The notes under the pieces were generated by a model. The model was given only the letters and a program-made list of their open reading frames with translations, was not told the DNA's origin and searched no databases. Below are positions 54,065 to 60,560 of a DNA stretch of 60,560 bases, one piece after another (the stretch's first letter is position 1; every line of letters starts with the position of its first letter). The stretch is from Gaiellaceae bacterium (GTDB lineage Bacteria > Actinomycetota > Thermoleophilia > Gaiellales > Gaiellaceae). The DNA lies in NCBI GenBank assembly GCA_035718485.1, contig DASTHC010000131.1:1-60560 (forward strand). The letters are read 5' to 3'. Both the position numbers and the translations under genes were made by a program.

Positions 54065-55060
54065 TCAGGACGCGCGCGCGATGCGCCGGTCCCGCGCGGC
54101 GAGCACGTCGCGAACGATCTCGACGAACTCGGCGCCGGCGTCGGTCGGCGGCTGCTCGCGCCGCCACGCGATCCCGATCCGCCGGTAGAGCTGCGGTGCT
54201 GCGAGCGAGCGCGCCACGAGGCCGTGGGCGTCGCTCTCGACGAGCAGCTCCGGGACGAGCGCCGCCGTCGCGCCGGCGCGAACGAGCCCGAGCAGCGTCC
54301 CGCTGTCGTCGGTGCGGTACACGACGTCCGGCCGGATGCCGTTCGCCTCGAGCCTCGTGAGCGCCTGCTCGGTCGAGCGGCACGTGCGCAGGGCGACGAG
54401 ACCGAGACCGTGGAGGTCGGCCGGCCCGAGCTTCCCCTTACCGGCGAGCGGGTCGTTCGGCGCGAGCACGAGCTGCAGCTCTTCGGCGAGCAGCTCCTCG
54501 ACGACGAGCGGGCCCGGTTCGAGCGGAAGCGTGACGAAGGCGAGGTCGATCTCGCCGCGGCCGAGCGGCTCGAGCAGCTCGTCGTCGGAGATCGAGTGGA
54601 TCATCTGGAGCTGCACGCCCGGGTCGTTGAGCGGGAACCGCCGCACGAGCGCGCCCGCAACGAGGCTGCCGAGGCCCTGGAAGATCCCGACACGGACGAC
54701 GCCCGCGTTCCCCTCGCGGAGCGCCCGCACCTCGCCCTGCGCGACGCGAAGGCGCGCGAGGATCCCGCGCGCCTGCTCGAGCATGATCTCGCCCGCGGGC
54801 GTGGGGGTCACGCGCTGGAAGCGCTCGGGCCGCACGACGAGCTTCTCGCCGACGATCCGCTCGAGCGCGGCCACCTGCTGGCTGATCGCCGACTGCGTGT
54901 AGCCGAGCTTCTTGGCGGCCTTGTTGAACGAGCCCTCCTCGGCGACCGACTCGAGCGCCGCGAGGTGCCGAACCTGGATGCCGAGCCAGGGCGCGACCCC
55001 CACGCCGTCCCGCGCGGCCCGGTCGCGGGTTCTGCCCTCCGGCGAGGATGGAAAGAGCAT
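54065..55060 (-). CDS. LysR-family transcriptional regulator
   Basis: HTH VRHLAALESVAEEGSFNKAAKKLGYTQSAISQQVAALE plus a LysR substrate-binding fold. The start may be GTG 55003 rather than ATG 55060. Confidence 0.88.
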   Translation of the reverse strand: MLFPSSPEGRTRDRAARDGVGVAPWLGIQVRHLAALESVAEEGSFNKAAKKLGYTQSAISQQVAALERIVGEKLVVRPERFQRVTPTPAGEIMLEQARGILARLRVAQGEVRALREGNAGVVRVGIFQGLGSLVAGALVRRFPLNDPGVQLQMIHSISDDELLEPLGRGEIDLAFVTLPLEPGPLVVEELLAEELQLVLAPNDPLAGKGKLGPADLHGLGLVALRTCRSTEQALTRLEANGIRPDVVYRTDDSGTLLGLVRAGATAALVPELLVESDAHGLVARSLAAPQLYRRIGIAWRREQPPTDAGAEFVEIVRDVLAARDRRIARAS

Positions 55061-55113
55061 CCTCTATTTGCAGACGCGCGGATCCGCGGGAAGTTAGATA
55101 TCGCGGTTCCGCG

Positions 55114-55596
55114 CTACCTTAAGGCTTCCTGAACGCCGCGCCTCTGCTGCTCGGCGAAGAGCACTTGAGCGGCGCCGCGGAGACGTTCGAGCGGCTCGCG
55201 GTAGGCCTCGAGCGTGCCGAGCTCGTGTTCGAGGGCCTGCTCGAGCGCGCGGACGGCGGCGCGCGTCTCCTTCAGCATCGTCGTCCCGTCCTGCGTCACG
55301 GCGAGAAAGTACGAGCGCTTGTCGTCGGGGTTCGGCAGCCGCTCTACGAGTGCCTTGTCGCTCAGCGCCTGCACGCGTTCGCGCAGCGTGGTCCCCGCGA
55401 GACCGCTCTCGAGCTCGAGGCTCGTCGGCGTGAGCGGGCCGTACAGCTCGATCAGCTCGAGGATCCCAAACGAGAGTCGAGCCGGAAGTCCGCGCTCGCC
55501 GGCCTCGCGCTCGAAGAGCGAGGAGCAGAACGCGGTCGCGCGCATGAGCTCGAGCAGAACGCTTTGGGACGCCGACCGCCGCCGCGGACCAGGCAC
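55114..55596 (-). CDS. MarR-family transcriptional regulator
   Basis: 160 aa. wHTH region FGILELIELYGPLTPTSLELESGLAGTTLRERVQALSDKALVERLPNPDDKRSYFLAVT. Confidence 0.82.
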   Translation of the reverse strand: MPGPRRRSASQSVLLELMRATAFCSSLFEREAGERGLPARLSFGILELIELYGPLTPTSLELESGLAGTTLRERVQALSDKALVERLPNPDDKRSYFLAVTQDGTTMLKETRAAVRALEQALEHELGTLEAYREPLERLRGAAQVLFAEQQRRGVQEALR

Positions 55597-55654
55597 GGCG
55601 CGATTCTAGGGCGGTCCCGGACGCGGCGTCGAAGCCGCGCCCGGGACCGGGCCG

Positions 55655-57724
55655 TCACGCGACCGGGACGGTCGTCAGCGCGAACCCACCGTGGAGCGGC
55701 ACCGTGAAGCGCGCGACTCCGGCTGCGTTCGTCGTGACCGTGCCGCCGATCGCGTTCTCCCCGTTGGCCGCAGCGTTCCAGATCGCGAGGTTGAACGTCG
55801 TCGCCGGCGGGAGCCCGCCGAGGCTGTACGTGGCCGGCGCCTCGGTCGCGGCTGCGTTCAGGTCGCGTCCGTGCGAGTCGAGGCCGATCAGCGTCAGCTC
55901 TCCGTTCGGTCCTGCATAGGCGGTGATCTCCTTCTCCGACTGGTCGGCCACCCCGACCTGCCAGTCGTCGTCGCCGAACGGATCGACGCCCACGATCTGC
56001 CAGCCCGGCGCCGTCGTCTGGAAGAGCAGGCGCAGCGCGTGGTACGTCGGGAAGAGCGGCCAGCCTTCCTCGGCCGGACCGATCATGTAGAAGGCCTGCA
56101 CGGTGTTGTCGTACCTGCCCCAGAACGAGTCCCACTTCGCGGTGCCGGCGAAGCCCAGCTGCGCCGCGGCGACGTTGAACCACAGCTGGTGGAACGCGGC
56201 GATGTTCGTCCGCACGATCTGCGTCGAGTTCTCCCAGAGCCCGCCGAGCGAGTCGAGCACCCGCGGCATGTTGAGCCTGTGGCCGCGGACGCCGTACTCG
56301 ATCAGGTAGACGGGCCTTCGCGCCTCCGGCGGGAGCTCCTCGAACATCAGCTTGCGCACGTCGCGTAGCCGGAACTCCATGCGGCTGGCGTCCCAGTACT
56401 GCCAGTAGATGTGCTCGGAGTATGCATCGACGATGTCGAGCATGTGCGTCGTGATGTACGTCATCCACGTTCGATGCGTGCCGTTGACGGCGCTCTCGAC
56501 GAGATCGCCGACCATGAGCCCGATCTGGCTCCGGAGCCCGCGTTCGACAAGCTCGGTGTGCAGTGCGCGGTTGAGCGCCTGGTACTGATCCATCGTCAGG
56601 TTCGGCGCGCTGTTCGGCTCGTTCTGGATCGTGACCCAGCGGATGTTCGTGTAGCCACGATTCTTCACGAGGTCCTCGAGCACCGCGGCGAACTGCGTCA
56701 TGAATGGCCCAGGATTCAGTCGTGCGCGGACAGCCGTCTGATACGTGATGTTGATCTTGGCGCCGGTCTCGTTCGCCATCCGGACGACGTCGATGAACGA
56801 TGCGAGCCGGTCCGGGAAGAGTGCGGACTCGTCCCGGTCGTTGAAGAAGATCCGGACGATCTGCGGTTCGAGCGCGTCCACCTTTGGCTCCAGGCCGCCG
56901 ATCGTTCCCGGCGGCGCCGGCGTGATCCGCGCGAAGACGTGGTGGTTGAACTGCGTGCCGTACCCGCCCAGATGGTCGAGGACGAGGCGGGAACGCGCGA
57001 GCTCGTGCTCCGTGACGTCCACTTTCGCCGAGCGCTCGTTGTTCGTCAGGTCCGTCTCGGCGGGCGCGGCGTTGCCGACGCGGACTGTCAGCTCGACCTC
57101 CACCGGCGTCGCCAGCGCGACGCCCGCAAAGACGACGGTGGTGCGGCCCCCCGGGGCGACGACGACCTGCTGCGTCGCGAGCACTGACGGTCCCCAGGAG
57201 AGCGTCGCGGTCGCAGTCGCGCCGACGTCGCCGTTCTGCTCGGCGATCTCGGCCCGGACGTCGACCGGACGGACGGAGAGCGTCTGCGGTGGCGCGACGA
57301 CCGACGCGACAGTCAGGTCGGGACGGAGCAGCGCGATGGCCTCGCTGCGGGCGACCTCGGTCCGCACGCCGTCGCCCGGGTCGATCAGCGCATCGACCTC
57401 GATGCGGCTTCCTTGGGGCAGGTTCCCGAGCTCGACGTTCGCCGCGCCGGACACGAGCGGCACGTTCTTCAGGTTCCACACGTCGCCTCGGTCGGAGCCG
57501 GTCGACGTCTTCACTTGGAGCTTCTTGAGCTCGTTCGGCACGGCGCACCCCGACGCCGTGGCGACCCGGACAGTCAGGTCGGCTCCCGCCGGCCCCGTGA
57601 GCACGCTGGAATCCAGGCTGTAGCACGTGTCGGGTACGTCGGCTCGCGCCGCCGAGCCGGTTGCCCCGATCAATGCGACGGCCACTGCGGCCGCGATCCC
57701 TCGCAGAGGACCCATGGAGATCAT
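55655..57724 (-). CDS. secreted protein: N-terminal Ig/CARDB-like domains plus a TIM-barrel glycoside-hydrolase-like domain
   Basis: Signal peptide, then the CARDB-like motif ETDLTNNERSA. The GH clan-A-like acid/base context is WVTIQNEPNS. Family assignment is tentative. The start could be ATG 57715. Confidence 0.6.
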   Translation of the reverse strand: MISMGPLRGIAAAVAVALIGATGSAARADVPDTCYSLDSSVLTGPAGADLTVRVATASGCAVPNELKKLQVKTSTGSDRGDVWNLKNVPLVSGAANVELGNLPQGSRIEVDALIDPGDGVRTEVARSEAIALLRPDLTVASVVAPPQTLSVRPVDVRAEIAEQNGDVGATATATLSWGPSVLATQQVVVAPGGRTTVVFAGVALATPVEVELTVRVGNAAPAETDLTNNERSAKVDVTEHELARSRLVLDHLGGYGTQFNHHVFARITPAPPGTIGGLEPKVDALEPQIVRIFFNDRDESALFPDRLASFIDVVRMANETGAKINITYQTAVRARLNPGPFMTQFAAVLEDLVKNRGYTNIRWVTIQNEPNSAPNLTMDQYQALNRALHTELVERGLRSQIGLMVGDLVESAVNGTHRTWMTYITTHMLDIVDAYSEHIYWQYWDASRMEFRLRDVRKLMFEELPPEARRPVYLIEYGVRGHRLNMPRVLDSLGGLWENSTQIVRTNIAAFHQLWFNVAAAQLGFAGTAKWDSFWGRYDNTVQAFYMIGPAEEGWPLFPTYHALRLLFQTTAPGWQIVGVDPFGDDDWQVGVADQSEKEITAYAGPNGELTLIGLDSHGRDLNAAATEAPATYSLGGLPPATTFNLAIWNAAANGENAIGGTVTTNAAGVARFTVPLHGGFALTTVPVA

Positions 57725-57788
57725 CCCTTCGATCGTTGACGGACGAACGAAGGGTGCGCCTGGCCGCTCACGCGGCTCTCACACGGGA

Positions 57789-59141
57789 CTAGGCGGCGTG
57801 CTCGTCCGCGATCGCGAGCACCTCGTCGAGGATGCCGAGCCCCTCGTCGAGCTCCTCGCGGGTGATCGTCAACGGGGGCGCGATGATCACGACGTTCCAG
57901 TGGACGAAGAGGTAGAGGCCGCGCTCCATCGCGGCCTTCGCCATGCGCACGACGGGCGCTGCCGCATCTCCGCCGGCGTTGAACGGCACGAGCGGCTCGC
58001 GCGTTTCGCGATCCTTGACGAGCTCGATCCCGAAGAAGAGGCCCTTCCCGCGCACGTCGCCGATCGACGGGTGACGCTCGGCGAGCCGTGGCAGCGCGAC
58101 GGAGAGGTACTCCCCGAGCGACGCGGAGTTCTCGACGATCCCTTCCTCCTTGAACGCCTCGATCGACGCGACTGCCGAGGCGCACGCGAGCACGTGGCCC
58201 GAGTACGTGAGTCCGCCGGCGAAGAACTTGTCCTGCACCCAGCCCGAGAGCCGCTCGTTCACGACCATCGCGCCGAGCGGGACGTAGCCCGAGTTGATCC
58301 CCTTCGCGACCGTGAGGATGTCGGGCACGACGTCCCAGTGCTCGCACGCGAACCACTTGCCGCTGCGTCCGAAGCCGGCCATCACCTCGTCGCAGATCAG
58401 CACGATCCCGTACCGGTCGCAGACCTCGCGGATCGACTGGAGGTAGCCGTCGGGCGGGACGATGATCCCGTTCGTCCCGACGATCGTCTCGAGGATCACT
58501 GCCGCGACGGTGTGCGGCCCTTCGTACTGGAGGATCTCCTCGAGGTGCGGGCCGCCCGAGCAGACGGGGCACGGATCGGGGTGACCGGCGGGACAGCGGT
58601 ACGTGTACGGGTCGAGCATGCGCACGACGCCGGGGATGCCGGGCTCGGAGGGCCACCGGCGCGGGTCGCCGGTCAGCGTCATCGCTCCGGCGGTCGCTCC
58701 GTGGTACGAGCGGTACCGCGCGATCACCTTGTGCCGGCCGGTGAACCAGCGCGCGAGCTTGATCGCGTTCTCGTTCGCCTCTGCTCCGCCGTTCGTGAAG
58801 AACGACATCGTCAGGTCGCCTGGTGTGACCTCGGCGAGCAGCCGGGCCAGCTCCGAGCGCTTCTCGTGCGCCATCGGCGGGCCGATCGTGCAGAGCTTGT
58901 CGGCCTGCTCTTTGATCGCCGCGACGACCTTCGGGTGCTGGTGTCCGATCGAGACGTTGACGAGCTGCGAGGCGAAGTCGAGGTACCGGTGGCCGTCGTA
59001 GTCCCAGAAGTAGGAGCCCTCGCCGCCCGCGACGGGGAGCGGGCTGATCTGGTTCTGAACCGACCAGGAGTGCAGGACGTACTGCTTGTCGAGCTCGCTG
59101 ACCCGCCTGCCGAGCTCTGCGTTGCTCTCGACGATCGCCAC
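57789..59141 (-). CDS. class III (omega) aminotransferase, PLP-dependent
   Basis: Trimmed to GTG 59141 ([13 protein letters not shown]...). Motifs: [27 protein letters not shown], and the PLP-Lys context [12 protein letters not shown]. Confidence 0.88.
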   Translation of the reverse strand: MAIVESNAELGRRVSELDKQYVLHSWSVQNQISPLPVAGGEGSYFWDYDGHRYLDFASQLVNVSIGHQHPKVVAAIKEQADKLCTIGPPMAHEKRSELARLLAEVTPGDLTMSFFTNGGAEANENAIKLARWFTGRHKVIARYRSYHGATAGAMTLTGDPRRWPSEPGIPGVVRMLDPYTYRCPAGHPDPCPVCSGGPHLEEILQYEGPHTVAAVILETIVGTNGIIVPPDGYLQSIREVCDRYGIVLICDEVMAGFGRSGKWFACEHWDVVPDILTVAKGINSGYVPLGAMVVNERLSGWVQDKFFAGGLTYSGHVLACASAVASIEAFKEEGIVENSASLGEYLSVALPRLAERHPSIGDVRGKGLFFGIELVKDRETREPLVPFNAGGDAAAPVVRMAKAAMERGLYLFVHWNVVIIAPPLTITREELDEGLGILDEVLAIADEHAA

Positions 59142-59216
59142 CTGGTGCTCCTTCGCTCGCTTGCGTCGATCGTACCCCGGGTTGCAGCCGCGGCGCTCGC
59201 GCGCGACGATTGCCGG

Positions 59217-60560
59217 GTGACGGTCACTGCGGCCGACCCGACGGCCCTCGGGCTGCGCTTGCTCGAGCGCGAGAAGCAGCTCGAGGTGCTGCGCGCCGCC
59301 CGCGACGAAGCGCTCGCCGGTGAGGGACGACTCGTCCTCGTCGCCGGCGAGGCCGGTGTCGGGAAGACCGCGCTCCTCCGCAGCTTCTGCGGCGAGAACG
59401 GTGCGTCGGTGCGCTGGGGGGCATGCGACCCGATGTTCGCGCCGCATCCGCTCGGTCCGTTCCTCGACGCCGGCGGCGAGCTCGCGTCGCTGAGCGGGCC
59501 GCACGAGATCGTCGACGCGCTGCTGCGTGCACCCGGCGTGCTGGTGCTCGAGGATCTCCACTGGGCCGACGAGGCGACGCTCGACACGCTTCGGCTGCTC
59601 GCGCGCAAGGTCGCAGGCGCGCCGCTCCTCGTGGTCGCGTCGTACCGCGACGACGAGCTCGACCGCGCGCACCCGCTGCGGATCGTCGTCGGCGAAGTCA
59701 CGCCGTCGTCTGCGGTCGTCCGCCTCGACGTGCCTCGCCTGTCGCGCGACGCGGTGAGTGCGCTCGCCATCGCGTCGTCACTCGATGCGGACGAGCTCTA
59801 CCGGCTGACGTCTGGCAACCCGTTCTACGTCACCGAGGCGATCGCGGCCGGCGGCGGGGTGGTCCCCGCCTCGGTACGCGACGCGGTGCTCGCGCGTGCG
59901 GCACGCCTCAGCCCTGGCGCGCGCTCCGTGCTCGACGTCGTCGCGATCGCGCCGCCGCGCGTCGAGCTCTGGCTTCTCGAAGAGCTTGCGGGCGAGCGGA
60001 TCGATGCAGTTTCCGAATGCGTCGACGCCGCCGTGCTCACCGCGAGCGACACGGGCGTCGAGTTTCGACACGAGCTCGCGCGGCTCGCGATCGAGGAAAC
60101 GATTGAGCCGCTCGAGCGTCGCCGTCTCCACCGGGCCGCGCTCGCCGCGCTCGCGACTCCGCCGTTCGGCGAGCCGGACGTCGTCCGCCTGTCACATCAC
60201 GCCGACTCCGCGGAGGACGCAGACGCCGTGCTCGAGTACGCGCCCGAAGCCGCCGAACGCGCGACGGCAGTCGGAGCACATCGAGAGGCCGCAGCTCACC
60301 TCGCGCGCGCGCTGCGCTACGAGCAGCTGCTGCACGTCGAGGAGCGGGCCGACCTGCTGAAGCGCTACGCCGACGCCTCGTACTTGACCGACCGCTGCTA
60401 CGACGCGATCGACGCCGCAGAGCGGATGCTCGCGTGCTACCGATCGATCGGCGACGCGCGAAGCGAGGGCCGCACGCTCACGATGCTGTCCGCCCTCCAG
60501 ATGTGTCCGATGAGCGTCGTCGACGCGGAGCCCGCAGGCGTTGCGGCGGTCGAGCTGCTC
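59217..60560 (+). CDS. LuxR/LAL-type STAND ATPase regulator, N-terminal part; the 3' end lies outside the window
   Basis: Not in the ORF track because no stop occurs before the window end. The frame from GTG 59217 reads VTVTAADPTALGLRLLEREKQLEVLRAARDEALAGEGRLVLVAGEAGVGKTALL...LVLEDLHWADEATL...SGNPFYVTE and stays open to 60560. Confidence 0.8.
   Translation, partial: MTVTAADPTALGLRLLEREKQLEVLRAARDEALAGEGRLVLVAGEAGVGKTALLRSFCGENGASVRWGACDPMFAPHPLGPFLDAGGELASLSGPHEIVDALLRAPGVLVLEDLHWADEATLDTLRLLARKVAGAPLLVVASYRDDELDRAHPLRIVVGEVTPSSAVVRLDVPRLSRDAVSALAIASSLDADELYRLTSGNPFYVTEAIAAGGGVVPASVRDAVLARAARLSPGARSVLDVVAIAPPRVELWLLEELAGERIDAVSECVDAAVLTASDTGVEFRHELARLAIEETIEPLERRRLHRAALAALATPPFGEPDVVRLSHHADSAEDADAVLEYAPEAAERATAVGAHREAAAHLARALRYEQLLHVEERADLLKRYADASYLTDRCYDAIDAAERMLACYRSIGDARSEGRTLTMLSALQMCPMSVVDAEPAGVAAVELL

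Overview
Very GC-rich, gene-dense chromosomal window. Codon usage and gene content suggest an actinobacterial-type genome, possibly Thermoleophilia- or Rubrobacteria-like; that placement is inference only. I support about 60 protein-coding genes. I found no rRNA, tRNA, CRISPR array, transposase or integrase, so this reads as core chromosome rather than a mobile island. All product calls come from motif recognition in the supplied translations, since no database search was possible. Most of the very long Arg/Ala/Gly/Pro-rich ORFs in the track are GC-driven shadow ORFs on the wrong strand or frame and were trimmed or rejected.

Main blocks:
- Nitrogen assimilation (1-3854, 9667-11031): gltB 3' end, then a translationally coupled glnA / PAT-like GNAT / P-II / amt operon on the minus strand, plus a second glutamine synthetase.
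- PdtaS-like kinase and PdtaR-like ANTAR regulator, split by a VOC / tandem-HxlR / VOC insert (12506-15905).
- Pentose-phosphate cluster: tkt divergent from rpiB-tal-pgi-gnd-zwf-opcA (19136-27088).
- Kinase / OmpR regulator / STAS set (27148-29534).
- Secreted-protein block (29531-34283).
- caa3-type oxidase operon ctaC(cyt c)-ctaD-ctaB (34323-38300).
- DivIVA-domain acidic protein, MacB-like ABC exporter, and an adenylate cyclase-STAND-LuxR regulator (38620-47062).
- Cell-envelope block with a (Thr-Thr-Pro)n DUF11-like protein and an L,D-transpeptidase (48429-52072).

Best candidate for something undescribed: both glutamine synthetase genes sit directly behind intrinsic terminators that abut their Shine-Dalgarno sequences.
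- The two terminators share stem-base sequence (GCCTCRGG ... CCTGGGGC plus a U-tract).
- Each has an upstream hexaloop hairpin (AGGC-N6-GCCT) that competes for the first nucleotides of the terminator stem.
- This looks like a shared attenuator or antiterminator leader for glnA, and an ANTAR two-component pair lies nearby.

Other points worth a second look:
- a 163-bp inverted-repeat element in the glnA leader region;
- a collagen-like protein with a dirigent-like head;
- a single-chain tandem HxlR regulator;
- a 4-TM His-Arg extension on CtaB;
- conserved N-termini of zwf and an amidase that lack canonical start codons;
- four convergent gene pairs whose stop codons overlap in a CTAG.
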